Shown: positions 13,146-25,497, counted from the first letter of the stretch. The stretch: 64,000 nt of DNA from an uncultured Nitrospiraceae bacterium (GCA_963727805.1 CAVSHF010000003.1:1696001-1760000); one strand, 5' to 3'. Numbers and translations: made by a program. The notes: generated by a model not told the origin, from the sequence alone.

Positions 13146-13221
13146 TGGTGGAGGTGAACGGGATCGAACCGATGACCCCCTGCTTGCAAAGCAGGTGCTC
13201 TCCCAGCTGAGCTACACCCCC
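13146..13221 (-). tRNA. tRNA-Ala(TGC)
   Basis: 76-nt cloverleaf, anticodon loop TTTGCAA, encoded CCA. Confidence 0.97.
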
Positions 13222-13227
13222 ATAACA

Positions 13228-13300
13228 TGGGCCTGATTGGAATCGAACCAATCACCTCACCCTTATCAGGGGTGCGCTCTACCAACTGAGCTACAGGCCC
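13228..13300 (-). tRNA. tRNA-Ile(GAT), CCA not encoded
   Basis: 73-nt cloverleaf GGGCCTG...CAGGCCCA, anticodon loop CTGATAA. Confidence 0.97.
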
Positions 13301-13376
13301 GAGGCCCGCTATTTTACGACCTCCATCTATCTAAAAAAGTGCGTGGTAAAAGAATCCTGACAAGCCGTTATCCTTA

Positions 13377-14897
<1,521 letters not shown>

Positions 14898-14960
14898 TTT
14901 TTCTGGCAAATGTAAAACTATTGAAGCTTGCAGTCACTTTACCACGCACTTAATTAGCTG

Positions 14961-15011
14961 ATTATCAAAGAACGAGTAGACATCATAATCAAAATAGATG
15001 ACACGTGTCAA
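14961..15011 (-). promoter_or_regulatory. rRNA promoter and boxA-like element
   Basis: TTGACA (15011-15006)-N18-TATGAT, then CGTTCTTTGATAA; a second boxA-like GATCTTTGACAA lies before 23S. Confidence 0.6.
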
Positions 15012-15126
15012 CTCCTTTTTAACATTTTTAGAAATGTTGTACTATGAACAGGAACCCCTCTTATTGCCACGATTGTGTGTGTTCGATCTTTACTAATAAA
15101 AGGAAAATCTGTTATAACATCCCATC

Positions 15127-15201
15127 GGGCGATTAGCTCAGTGGGAGAGCGCTTCCTTCACACGGAAGAGGTCGAGGGTTCGATACCCCCATCGCCTACC
15201 A
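15127..15201 (+). tRNA. tRNA-Val(CAC)
   Basis: 75-nt cloverleaf GGGCGAT...ATCGCCTACCA, anticodon loop TTCACAC. Confidence 0.96.
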
Positions 15202-15745
15202 TATTTCTCAATGACTTGCCAGTCTCACCCACGCGGCTTATTGCCAAATTGTGCTAATCATTTCCGTTGAAATATCTTCTATTGGAAAAACTTCTCGGAA
15301 ATCCTCGCGAAATGGTAACCTGAATATGCTGCAAAGTATAGATGGAAATATTCAACGATCGATCCTCTGTTCCACATACACGTGCACACTTTTAAGCTGG
15401 GTTTACAAATGAGGATTCTGGTATGTATGCAAAATTACAGCATCTCTTGTCCGCAATATTGTAGAAGCTAGTTCGATATTAAGAAAGCCGGAGCAGTCAA
15501 AATGCTTCAGTTTTTCCTTTTGAATAATTAATTATGTGCTGACGTGATATGCAGCGTCGCCAAGTCTATCCAAAAAAGTTTATCATAGGTTCGCCACACA
15601 TGCATCGACAATGCAATCCGCCTCGGCGGATATCGTTTGTGACTAGCGTCACCAAATCCCGAATATCTTCATTTTGGGTCTTCCCTTCTGTTATAAATAC
15701 AGTTATGATACTGAAAATTAGAGCCTAATCTGTAGAGAGGCATTA

Positions 15746-15967
15746 ATGACGATAAGAGTTCAATACCACAATGGCGTCTATGACATAGTCTCCGCCGCTA
15801 CTCTGCAGCGTCTGATCATCAACGGCAAGATCAAAAAGTTTTATCGCTATTCTGAAAGGAGATGGGTTACTATTGGCGTCGATCCCATGAGGAAGGGGGC
15901 CCAGGTATTGGCTCCTTATGCCCAACCCGAAAGACGCTCACCGCAAATCTTCGGACCGCCTTCTTGA
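15746..15967 (+). CDS. Small GSU3473-family-like protein
   Basis: GAGAGG RBS; IRVQYHNG..D.V...LQRLI..GKI..FYR....WV.IGVDPMR...PERR pattern recalled for this family. Confidence 0.7.
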   Translation: MTIRVQYHNGVYDIVSAATLQRLIINGKIKKFYRYSERRWVTIGVDPMRKGAQVLAPYAQPERRSPQIFGPPS

Positions 15968-16358
15968 CAGAGCAAGATCGCCACCACCCAAAAGTTTTTG
16001 GTCCTGAAAGTGAAAATCCTTTATAATCTATAACTTAACACTTGGTCGCTGCCTGAGTTCGTGTACCGGATTATTGTAGTCCAGTCTCGGCTGCCTGTCC
16101 CTTTATATAGTATCCTCAGGAGGGTAATTCGGCTTTTTTATCCAAACGGTCCTGCCACAATATCTGTCCCTCAGTTGAAAATCTCGATTGTTGAATCGCG
16201 CTCTTCAGTCAAATATATACCAAGGATAGCGTCTCCGTCTGATGCACACGCTATATGCGCCATGAACAGGATGCACTCAACGGCAAGAAACAAGCGTATC
16301 ATTTTTGTCTTTCACTCGTTAGCGTACGGTTGATAATCTTATAGATTCAACATAATTT

Positions 16359-17609
16359 TTATTGCTTTGAACATACTAGGCTAGGGTCAAGGTAGATTAT
16401 ATCTGACATTTTGTTCTTCTCTCTGGGCTCATCGATTAAATGGAGAGGATCCACCATCGCCCGGAAAGGATGCGGGACTGTTTTTGTCATGTGTGAAGGG
16501 TCTTTGCTGAAATAGTAGACAGGGATCTCGACAGTCTGACGCCCACCGGGGGGTATGGCGTTCAATCCTGCGCTGTTGCCCCAATCATTGCGTGGAAGGT
16601 CCATCACTTGGACCACCGTTTTGTCCGGCATGGCAGGTGATGGAGCTGATCCGACATTGGCCACGGTAACCTCGAAGTAAAAAATGGGTTGATTCGGCTC
16701 GCATTTTCCCCAACCCTTGAAACGGAAAGTTTCTATAACAAGATCGGGTTTACTGGCTGATGTAACGATTTTAAGAGGACAACAGGCACAGTTATTTTCC
16801 TCGTCGCTTTCCTTGAACTTATTGCCAGCATCAATGACCGCACATAAGAAATAGTCTCCTGCCGGGGTATCGGCTGGTATTGTATTGGGACCAATAGGAC
16901 TAATGACAAGCCTCTGACCTGCATTCAAGGAAACCTGCTGGCGCCCTCCTTTTAGAAGCACCCCATCATGAAAATGTGGAGAATACTCTGCCAAGGGTGT
17001 AGGGACAGGACATGTAAGCTCTTTCTTTAACATTATGTCGATTATGACATCTTTGGTATCGATCATACCCCGATTTATCGCCTTTATTTTCAGAGCAGTC
17101 CCTAGATCATGACCGGGTCTTGCCGTCTTGGGACATTCCTTGATTTTCACAGTCAAATCTGTAGCTGTTTGGTCGCAATTTAAATTGAACTTTGCCTTGT
17201 TCGACTCGATTTCCTCCGGATATACAATCTGGATTATCTTCCATCCTTCATGTGAGGGCAAGGAAGGGGTACCGATAGTCCGTTGCACGTTTATTACCTT
17301 CGTACCCGGACCGCTGAATTCAAGGGTTTCGACTGGAAATAATGTGCCATCGCTGCTCTTGATCCTATACTGTACCTTGCCCGGTTTGTCAGACGTTATT
17401 GCGCCTTTGAAATAAATCTCGGCAGGACAGGGACCGGAATAAGATAAATTATCTGAGTTTAGAGTCACTGTGATCCCTGACTCAGCACAGCTTGCAGTCA
17501 ACACATATAGCAATGTAACGATGCCAATTATCTGAGCTCTTTTACCTGCAAAAAACTTCCCTCTCAAGTCCATAGCTGACTTTAGCACTATTGAGATACG
17601 AAGTGTCAA
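16359..17609 (-). CDS. Exported protein with CARDB/Ig-like domains (true start probably ATG at 17573)
   Basis: N-terminal hydrophobic segment; VIDAGNKFKESDEENN, PDLVIE, VTVANVG, VDPLHLIDE. Confidence 0.75.
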   Translation of the reverse strand: MTLRISIVLKSAMDLRGKFFAGKRAQIIGIVTLLYVLTASCAESGITVTLNSDNLSYSGPCPAEIYFKGAITSDKPGKVQYRIKSSDGTLFPVETLEFSGPGTKVINVQRTIGTPSLPSHEGWKIIQIVYPEEIESNKAKFNLNCDQTATDLTVKIKECPKTARPGHDLGTALKIKAINRGMIDTKDVIIDIMLKKELTCPVPTPLAEYSPHFHDGVLLKGGRQQVSLNAGQRLVISPIGPNTIPADTPAGDYFLCAVIDAGNKFKESDEENNCACCPLKIVTSASKPDLVIETFRFKGWGKCEPNQPIFYFEVTVANVGSAPSPAMPDKTVVQVMDLPRNDWGNSAGLNAIPPGGRQTVEIPVYYFSKDPSHMTKTVPHPFRAMVDPLHLIDEPREKNKMSDIIYLDPSLVCSKQ

Positions 17610-17976
17610 GACTGCAAAAAATAGCCAGGATTCTCAATTATTCGCGTCACGCTGCCCGCGTATTTTGTAAATGGTGAATGAGGATATTATGAGTACCGGA
17701 AAGATATGTCATCATCTTCATTGAGGAATTAATAGACAACGCAGCAGCGGACATCATGTCGCGGATCTCCTAATCGGTTGAGCAACGAATACTGCGTCTA
17801 CAGAGCATGGAGATCCGAAAAACTATATTTGCTGGTATTAAACGCGAGGGTCGATAATTGACGGTATCATGAAAATCCGCACGACCCAGGTCGATACACG
17901 ATATACTTAGACAAATCTATTAGGATTGCATATTCCTTCGATAGATGGGGGGAATCCTGCGGTAGGCGGGATTTCT

Positions 17977-18816
17977 CTAATAATACCCATTGGCATGAAT
18001 ATTTTGTTTGAAAAAGCTGATTGTTTCTTCTGCTACCCGATCCTTTTGGTTGTCCAGAGGCAACATGTGATAGGTATCATCCAGGAGAACCTTTCGAACC
18101 AGGTGCGTACCGATATTCTTCTCGATGTAATTTGCGTTTTTTATGCTCGCGACATCATCCTCAAGTGCATGAAGGATCAACGTCGGCACATTCACCTTGT
18201 GAAGGTTCTTCTTCACTATCTTTATCAGCTTAAAGAGTTCGTGCATGCTCTGAGATGGGAAATGGGCATATGCAATTGAATTCTCCTTGAGGGCTATCTC
18301 GATTTGCTTCCTCATGCGTTCGTTCTTTACGCCGTATGGCGGCCGTTCTTCGTAAGAAGCAAAATATTTTAGGGGCGGCAGATAGAATAACGGCAGAATG
18401 AACTTATACCAGGGTAAGCTCCAACCATCGTAGAAGAGAGTCGTCGACAAGGTCGCAATGGAGGAAACCTCGTCTCCCTCTTCATAGGCTAGATGAAGGG
18501 CCAGGAGTGCCCCCATGCATAACCCAGATACAGATACAGTTTTATGGCTCTTCTGCAATTCTTTAAATGTGTCACGGACTGTCCCGTACCAGTCATGCCA
18601 GGTTGTCGCCGTAAGCTCCTCCAATGTTTGGCCATGACCGGCGAGGCAGGGCCCTTTTACCGTAAACCCGCTGTTGTTCAGTTTTCTTGCAAGCGGTTTC
18701 AATTCAAAGGGGCTGCCCGTAAGGCCATGAATCAAGAGGACTGCATGTTCACCGCCCAACAGGTCTATTTTATAGTTGTTCACACTTTCCTCACTACATG
18801 TACCGTATTCGTCCAC
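17977..18816 (-). CDS. Alpha/beta hydrolase (carboxylesterase-like) with Cys at the nucleophile elbow
   Basis: LLIHGLTGSP, SGLCMG, EDDVAS, DTYHML. Confidence 0.88.
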   Translation of the reverse strand: MDEYGTCSEESVNNYKIDLLGGEHAVLLIHGLTGSPFELKPLARKLNNSGFTVKGPCLAGHGQTLEELTATTWHDWYGTVRDTFKELQKSHKTVSVSGLCMGALLALHLAYEEGDEVSSIATLSTTLFYDGWSLPWYKFILPLFYLPPLKYFASYEERPPYGVKNERMRKQIEIALKENSIAYAHFPSQSMHELFKLIKIVKKNLHKVNVPTLILHALEDDVASIKNANYIEKNIGTHLVRKVLLDDTYHMLPLDNQKDRVAEETISFFKQNIHANGYY

Positions 18817-19458
18817 CGAAGGCGAAGAAGTTTGACATATGATCCTAATGCTTAGCCACTTCTCCCTTTATAGAGGACATAATCAATATTACTCTCGGCG
18901 TCCAAGCCCTTTTTCATCTTCTACGGCTTCAACGTTTGCCTTTGCTTTATGACTATCGTAAGCAGTGTCAATTGGACATAGTCTTCTTGGATTTGCCGAT
19001 ACTCTGCCTATCCTAGCCCCGAGCACGCAATCAATAAGACTTCCAGCAATCGCGGTTGTTCTACATAGACACCAACGAGATATATTTTAAGTTTAAATCA
19101 TCGCACTAGAAAAAGTCCTCGTGCCTTCATAGCAAAATTCGATTTATAGGCCTGTTGAGAATTGGATGGGGCTGATCAACTTTTATTAGGAATCATGTAT
19201 GCGGTGTTCAACTGAAATACACGCTTACCTGGTATACCCCAAAAAAGTTTTTTTAGGTGAAGCCGACTCTCTCACTCAATGGGATGCGCATTCGCACATC
19301 ATCCCGTTTGTAATCACGTTTAAGAATGCGTTGAGTTTGATCGATAACTATCAGATTAATGATCAGCAGCTTACGCTCCTTATGCTTTTTAAGGGTATTC
19401 CGGATTCCTGAGACCATCCGGTTTGCTTGTAAAAGAGATCTTTTATTATACTGGTTAT

Positions 19459-19731
19459 ATGTATGATGAAAAGATCGATGAAATTCTGGGCATCGTCAGA
19501 TGTGCCCGTTGTGGACAACGTCTTGAGGGCGATATCGAGTGTCCTTTTTGCTCTCTTTTCCCTGAGCGGGCGAAGAAAAGAAATTTTAAATGGGTTTATT
19601 TTACCGCGTGTTTCCTCACTTCACCGCTCAGCATATATTTTATCTTTACAAATGATCGTCTGAGGCCACTTGAGAAGGTTCTTGCGCTCTCGGGATGTCT
19701 TTTTTGGTTTACTTTTTATTTTCTGTTGTAG
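19459..19731 (+). CDS. Small Zn-ribbon protein with two TM helices
   Basis: CARC...CPFC followed by two hydrophobic segments. Confidence 0.65.
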   Translation: MYDEKIDEILGIVRCARCGQRLEGDIECPFCSLFPERAKKRNFKWVYFTACFLTSPLSIYFIFTNDRLRPLEKVLALSGCLFWFTFYFLL

Positions 19732-20138
19732 TAATGACTCTGTGCCAGCCAATGACCACGCAAAAGTAAACTTCCGATGCGTCCTCAGGAGTTCAATTGC
19801 CTAATCCCATTTTAGTTAAATGTAGGTTCACTGAAGATGGCGATGAATAGCACGGCGCAAAGATGCGGGGTTTGGCAAAAGAACCTTTTTGCGCAGTTTT
19901 TTCTGAAGTCTTCATTTAGGGCATGCCAGTCGATAATGAAGGGATTCTGGCAATGTGGAGCTAACAAATGCGGAAGACTCTGTATTTGGTGTAGTAATCT
20001 TTTTTTCTACGGTAGCTATTTAGAATCTGTCTCAAAATCAACTTTGAGCTTTCAATATGCGGATTTCGGTGATGGCGACCAGCTGTTTCGGTCGATGGCG
20101 ACCACTGCGAGAACGTCGTCGCACTGGGGTTAGTCATA

Positions 20139-20891
20139 TTACTCGGAGTGGTCGCGATGCGTCAAGTTTTGCTTCTTTTTCCGCATCGACTCTCCCTTCA
20201 GCGTGATCTTGTGCGCAGCGTGAATGATCCTATCGAGTATGGCATCGGCCAGCGTCGGTTCTCCGATCAACTCAAACCACTTTGAAACAGGATACTGGCT
20301 CGTTATTAGCGTTGATCTGAGTCCGTGCCGATCCTCTATGACTTCCAGGAAGTCCCTTCTCTCTGCCTCATTCATTGAAGATAAGCCCCAATCGTCGATA
20401 ACGAGAAGCTCTGTCTTGGCTATCTTGTTCAAGAGTTTCAGGTAACTGCCGTCTCCTCTCGCTATTGCGAGCTCCCTGAAGAGCCGTGGATAGCGGTAGT
20501 AGATTGCCGTCATTCCTTCACGGCAGGCTTTTTGTGCAAATGCTTCAGCGAGGTAGCTCTTGCCAATGCCCGTAGGCCCCGTGATGATAACGTTGTGGTG
20601 GTTCTTGATCCACTCGCAGTTTGCCAAAGAGAGAATAAGAGACTTGTCGAGACCCCTTGAGTGCCTGTAGTCAACGTCCTCAATAGTCGCTTGCCTTTTT
20701 AGTTTCGCCGCCTTGAGCCTTATGGCGAGTTTTCTGTTTTCCCGGTACAGCCACTCTCTTTCTACGATCATGGCGAAGCGGTCATCAAAGGACAGCTCCG
20801 TCATGGAGGGCTGCTCACGTTGCTCATTGAAGCCCGTAACCATTCCGCTCAACTTCATATGGTAGAGCTTCTCTACTGTCTGGTTGTTCAT
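20139..20891 (-). CDS. istB: IS21 helper ATPase IstB
   Basis: GPTGIGKSYLA, LLVIDDWG, ADAILDRI, LKGESMR. Confidence 0.96.
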   Translation of the reverse strand: MNNQTVEKLYHMKLSGMVTGFNEQREQPSMTELSFDDRFAMIVEREWLYRENRKLAIRLKAAKLKRQATIEDVDYRHSRGLDKSLILSLANCEWIKNHHNVIITGPTGIGKSYLAEAFAQKACREGMTAIYYRYPRLFRELAIARGDGSYLKLLNKIAKTELLVIDDWGLSSMNEAERRDFLEVIEDRHGLRSTLITSQYPVSKWFELIGEPTLADAILDRIIHAAHKITLKGESMRKKKQNLTHRDHSE

Positions 20892-20908
20892 AAACCTCCT
20901 TGTGTTGT

Positions 20909-22453
20909 TCAGTTGTAGTAATCGCTGCCCCTGATGTTGTCGTGATAGACGATAGCTGTCACCTCCTTGTCTTCGGTTATCGGTAGCTGGTCAATGCCAT
21001 GCTCAAGGATTGAGTTAACGCTTCTGTATGAGAACGACCTGATAAGGAGTGCCCTTTGAGCTGCGGCCTCAAGCCGCTCGGCAGAGTATCGTTTGCCAAG
21101 TCTCATGATTCCGAGGCATGAGCGGTATCCCTGTTCGGGATGCGGCCTGGCGAGCATGATCTGTTCAAGCAGTTCTGCAGTATGCGGGCCTACTGTACTT
21201 GCAGCCCAATGGATGATCCTCGATGGCGACCACTCAAGATAACGCTGATGGGACTTGGGTCTATGCTCTGCGATCGTCGTGAAGCCTCCCTTCTGGAAGC
21301 TTCTTTGATGCAGGGCTACTCGCCTGGATTTGAATAGAATCTCTACTGTATTCATAGTCATCCTGACGTCAACCTGCTTTCTAACAAGTTGATAAGGAAC
21401 GCTATAGCAGTGACCTTCGACCTCGATGTGATGGTCGATGTTGACGGTGGCTTTCTTCCACTGGGCATATTGGTATCGTTCCAGTGGAAGCGGTCTCAAT
21501 GCCGGCTTGTCGATCGCCTCAAACATCTCGCGTCTGCATCCGGGCAGCTTTTTGAAGGGACGATTGTTGAGTCGCTCAAGGAGCTCTCGGATTGCTTCAT
21601 TCAACTCGCGCAGGCTGAAGAAGGTTCGGTTTCTAAGGGCCGCAAGTATCCATCGAGTAACAACGAGCACGGCTGATTCGCCCTTGGCTTTGTCCTTTGG
21701 CTTTGCTGCTCTGGCAGGGATGATGACTGTGCCATAATGGGCGGAGAACTCTTGGTATGTGGCGTTCAGTTCCGGCTCGTATCGACAGGCCCTAGTCACT
21801 GCAGCCTTGAGATTGTCAGGCACCATAATCATAGGGACCCCACCTATAAACTCCAGGGCGTTTATATTGCAGCTGATCCAGGACGGGATGTCTTGACGCA
21901 GCACCGCTTCGGCATAAGTATAGTTGCTGGCACCAAGTACTGAGACGAAGATCTGGGCTTCGTAAACTTCCGTCGTCAGGGGATTGATGATGGGGATGGT
22001 TTTGCCCGCGAAGTCCAGGAAGAGCTTTTCGCCTGCACGATGAACCTGTCGCATGCTGACTTCAACGGTCTCGGCCCAGCGCCGATAATGCTCGCAGAAC
22101 TGAGTATATTGATACCCGTCGGGGTACTTCTCTTTGTACTCCTGCCATAGGAGATAGAGCGTTACGCCCTTCTTCCTCAGTTCCCTGTGGAGTTCATCCA
22201 TTGCCGGAAGTGGCCGGACTGTATCCCGGGCAACAGATTCCTTGCCGAACAGCAATTGCTCAAGTCCGGTGTCGTCGAGATCAGAGGGCAGCGGCCAGGT
22301 GATCGCCGCCTGTTCCGCCTTCTCAAGATACTTTACGACGGTGCTGTGCGAAACCTTCACACAGCGGGCAATCTGCCGCTTGGGTAGCTTCAGGTCGAAG
22401 TGTAGTCTTAATATCTCTCTCGTCTTTTGCATGGTTATGGTCGGGGTGGACAT
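20909..22453 (-). CDS. istA: IS21 DDE transposase IstA
   Basis: N-terminal HTH; FLDFAG, VPDNLK, KDKAKGE, YSVPY; ATG at 22453 after GGAGG. Confidence 0.96.
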   Translation of the reverse strand: MSTPTITMQKTREILRLHFDLKLPKRQIARCVKVSHSTVVKYLEKAEQAAITWPLPSDLDDTGLEQLLFGKESVARDTVRPLPAMDELHRELRKKGVTLYLLWQEYKEKYPDGYQYTQFCEHYRRWAETVEVSMRQVHRAGEKLFLDFAGKTIPIINPLTTEVYEAQIFVSVLGASNYTYAEAVLRQDIPSWISCNINALEFIGGVPMIMVPDNLKAAVTRACRYEPELNATYQEFSAHYGTVIIPARAAKPKDKAKGESAVLVVTRWILAALRNRTFFSLRELNEAIRELLERLNNRPFKKLPGCRREMFEAIDKPALRPLPLERYQYAQWKKATVNIDHHIEVEGHCYSVPYQLVRKQVDVRMTMNTVEILFKSRRVALHQRSFQKGGFTTIAEHRPKSHQRYLEWSPSRIIHWAASTVGPHTAELLEQIMLARPHPEQGYRSCLGIMRLGKRYSAERLEAAAQRALLIRSFSYRSVNSILEHGIDQLPITEDKEVTAIVYHDNIRGSDYYN

Positions 22454-22902
22454 TGTGCCTCCTTGATGAATGGTCAAGAAGAAACAATGACTTATAACCC
22501 CCTGCTATATCCAGCTAAGACGACGCTCTCGTCAGCTCCTATATGACCTCTCGTTTCGGACTACGACCAAAAGTGGTCGCGCTCAGTCCGAAATGGGTGG
22601 TCGCGATACTCCGAAACAGGTGGTCGCGATGGACCGAAATGACTGGTCGCGATGCTCCGAAATACGCACAATACAAGAATTGGCTTCATATGCAACAGAT
22701 AGTATTCCTTTTAAATGCACTATTTCGTGACGTTGGATGTCTCCGCAGTTCCATAGTCCCTGTATCGTATGCATTTTTAGATAGGTTCTACCCAAATTCT
22801 AATATAGGATGATTCGAATATTTGTCGCCCAATTTGTGATGCGCTAATCGGATTTAGTTTTATGATGATTGAATCGTACAGCAGCATTCAGCGGAGTGTT
22901 TA

Positions 22903-23448
22903 TCACCAATTAGCAAGGTTCTTGATGATTTCCAGTTGATCATCGGCGTTGTGCCAGATGATTAGTATCGAATCCTCATCTATACTTTTCCAGTATTGAC
23001 CGGTAGGCTTGTAGAGGTGGATTTTAGTTGTAAGACGATATTTGTGGACTATTGGCTCGACATCCTGCCCGACATAAATGCGCCCCTTAAGCTCGGAGGA
23101 AAGAAAGGGAAATTCCATCTGATATCGCCATAACAGTAGGCCATCACGGTAAATCTCCAGAAGGTCTGAATAAGCTTTCAGAAGTTTTCTCTCCTCCCTA
23201 GTCGAAACCGTGTCTTTTGCCGCGGCCATTTCATTGGACAAAATCTGCACTCGTTCGGCCACCTGCTGGTAAAGCGCCCCCTCGGCAATGGCTTTTTTTA
23301 TCGCTAGGGCAGCAACGCTCAATTTAATAAATTTGCTCTTGTTAATTGCCGGTCCGAATGAACAGTTCCACTGAAGAATTAAGATGATAAAAAGCGAAAT
23401 CAGAAAAAATCCCCGTATCTTCACACGCTCTTGCCCAAAAACAGTCAT
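22903..23448 (-). CDS. Hypothetical (lipo)protein
   Basis: 181-aa ORF; N-terminal hydrophobic stretch followed by Cys. Confidence 0.65.
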   Translation of the reverse strand: MTVFGQERVKIRGFFLISLFIILILQWNCSFGPAINKSKFIKLSVAALAIKKAIAEGALYQQVAERVQILSNEMAAAKDTVSTREERKLLKAYSDLLEIYRDGLLLWRYQMEFPFLSSELKGRIYVGQDVEPIVHKYRLTTKIHLYKPTGQYWKSIDEDSILIIWHNADDQLEIIKNLANW

Positions 23449-23587
23449 ATGTTTAAATATACTTCAGCTCCCTTTACTTTTCTATATATTAGTAGAAATA
23501 GAAATCCTTATTCTCTAAGGAGAATATTAAAACAATTCATTAATCAACAATGGTCTGACTGTTGAAAGCTCGGATCGAATAATACGT

Positions 23588-24190
23588 CTAATGGAAGAAC
23601 GGAATCCGGAAAATCATCATGTAGCCATTCAGAGTTAAAACAGCACCTATCGATGTGGCAATAAGCGAAAAATAGAAAACTGGGCGCGACAGAGAGATGA
23701 TTGATATGGATGCCATGACTATGGCGATCTGCAGCATCACCTCGCCATAGTCAAAATATGGGTCTTTTGCCCTGTTGATATCACGCTCAAGGTCAAGCTT
23801 TTTTGCTTCCTGCTCTATCTCTTTTTTTTCAGCTGCATAGCGGACCTCTTGGTCAGCAACCTTACTGAGCTGAACTTGGTATTGTTTTAGGACATCTGGC
23901 TTCATCGCGTCTTTGCGTTCTAAAAGTAGCGCCTCGATACGGCTTTTTTCTATCCCATAGAGATGTTCACGCATGACCTTGGATTGATAGAACGCCCACT
24001 GATCAGAGGCTTGCTGCTGGGCAAGCAGCATCTCTTTCATGGCATTGTTACCACCAAGAGAGCATATAGCGAGCAAGACGGCAATCAACGCTGTATACAG
24101 AGCAACCTTTTTTGTAAAAGTGTTCTCTCTTTTCTCTTTCAATTCATCGATATTAGGCAATTCGACTTCATCCACTGAGATATCCCTCAT
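23588..24190 (-). CDS. DUF4337-like membrane protein
   Basis: VALYTALIAVLLAI, ASDQWAFYQSK, LQIAIVMASISII. Confidence 0.8.
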   Translation of the reverse strand: MRDISVDEVELPNIDELKEKRENTFTKKVALYTALIAVLLAICSLGGNNAMKEMLLAQQQASDQWAFYQSKVMREHLYGIEKSRIEALLLERKDAMKPDVLKQYQVQLSKVADQEVRYAAEKKEIEQEAKKLDLERDINRAKDPYFDYGEVMLQIAIVMASISIISLSRPVFYFSLIATSIGAVLTLNGYMMIFRIPFFH

Positions 24191-24522
24191 TGCTGATATA
24201 AATATATCTTAACTGGAATCTTCAAAACGACGATAAAAACTTCTGAACGCGTAACTGTATGCTTTATATCATACCATTTTTATTATGCATAATAAATTGG
24301 GGTATAGTGCAATGCTGGATATCGTTAGAACCTACCCATTAATTTGCAGCAAGGGGGATTATACGGAGCGCTTGGGCGTCCCAGTTGTCGGCCGTACAAC
24401 CACGGAATGCAACATTTACCCACAGAAATGCAATTCTATCTTAGACCTCCTACGTTTCACAAAACCAGTACCCATTAGAATCATGACTAACAACAAAAAG
24501 GCGATTCCACATGCAAAGCTTG

Positions 24523-24675
24523 CAACGTAAAAAGGATATCGATGGCATCCCGGCCGCGGAAATCCTTTCGGACAAGAATATACGCCACAGGCAAACCACA
24601 CGCAACGATGAAGAATGATGCTACAGCCGAAACCTACAGCGAAAGTCGCAGTGGGAATAGAATCGAGCCTTCCAT
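24523..24675 (-). pseudogene. modB: Truncated molybdate ABC permease remnant with an internal TAG
   Basis: MEGSILFPLRLSL*VSAVASFFIVACGLPVAYILVRKDFRGRDAIDILFTL starts a few nt after the modA stop; similarity ends before the LPLVLPP motif. Confidence 0.85.
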
Positions 24676-24681
24676 AGCTGG

Positions 24682-25497
24682 CTACCTCGGGATACCGAAT
24701 CCATATTTGAGAAGTATTTGTTTGCCCTCCTCTGAGCGGAGCATTTCGACGAACTTTCTTGCTAATGCCTCTGCGCTAGTTCCTTTCACAACGGCAGCAG
24801 GATAGATCACCGACTGATGGCTCTCAGCAGGGGCAGAAACTACCACTATTACATCCTTGACACGCGTCCTAGCGTCTGTTGCATAAACAATTCCTGCGTC
24901 TACTTCCCCGCGTGCGACATAATCGAGAACTTGCCGCACATTCTCAGCATATATTCTCTTGTCCTTTATATATGGTTTAATTTTATAGAAACTGAGGACT
25001 TCCTCAGCATAGCGGCCAGCAGGTACTGTTTGGGGATTGCCCATCGCAATGAGTTTCACGTCTCGAGATGCCAGAGCAGCAAATGATTTGATGTGAAGCA
25101 CTGACGTCTTTGAGATAATAAGAACAACACTGTTACCGGCAAACCCGATCCTCGTACCACTAACTATGAGTCCCTTGGCCTGCAGATCATCCATATCTTT
25201 CTGCGCAGCAGATGCAAAAACATCTACAGGTGCCCCGCCTTCAATCTGCCGCACCAAGGCACCCGAAGCACCGAAGTTCCACAGCACCTTAACCCCTCTG
25301 TTCTTCTCTTCATACGCCTTCCCGATTTCCTCGAAGGCATTCTTAAGGCTGAGGGCAGCTGAGACAGTAATCTCCTTGTAAGATTCGGCGGTTGCGCTTG
25401 ACGCTGCCAGCGCCGGTAATATCGATCCCGTAAGAATCAAAATAAATATTTTTTTTATCATCAGTGTATAGAAATTCCTACTCCCTCTTTCTTTCAT
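24682..25497 (-). CDS. modA: Molybdate ABC transporter substrate-binding protein
   Basis: Signal peptide; VSAALSL, FGASGAL..QIEGGAP.DVFASA, VPAGRYA, DAGIVYATDA. Confidence 0.93.
   Translation of the reverse strand: MKERGSRNFYTLMIKKIFILILTGSILPALAASSATAESYKEITVSAALSLKNAFEEIGKAYEEKNRGVKVLWNFGASGALVRQIEGGAPVDVFASAAQKDMDDLQAKGLIVSGTRIGFAGNSVVLIISKTSVLHIKSFAALASRDVKLIAMGNPQTVPAGRYAEEVLSFYKIKPYIKDKRIYAENVRQVLDYVARGEVDAGIVYATDARTRVKDVIVVVSAPAESHQSVIYPAAVVKGTSAEALARKFVEMLRSEEGKQILLKYGFGIPR

Larger units (their letters stand above)
20058..22668 (-). mobile_element. Complete IS21-family insertion sequence
   Basis: Ends TGCGGATTTCGG... and ...CCGAAATACGCA are inverted repeats with several internal ~22-bp repeats; flanked by CAATA duplication (20053-57, 22669-73); carries istA and istB. 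Confidence 0.96.

Noticed and set aside
13228..13300. tRNA-Ile lacking an encoded CCA
   Set aside because: Common in bacteria; CCA is added post-transcriptionally
22543..22668. Short ~22-bp repeats that could suggest a CRISPR array
   Set aside because: No spacers; they mirror the other IS21 end and lie inside the target duplication. I saw no CRISPR array or cas gene in the window
15202..23500. Possible genomic island at tRNA-Val
   Set aside because: No integrase, and I found no duplicated tRNA 3' end
24634..24636. In-frame TAG in modB as possible pyrrolysine or readthrough
   Set aside because: The gene is truncated after about 51 codons anyway, and no pyl genes are present in the window
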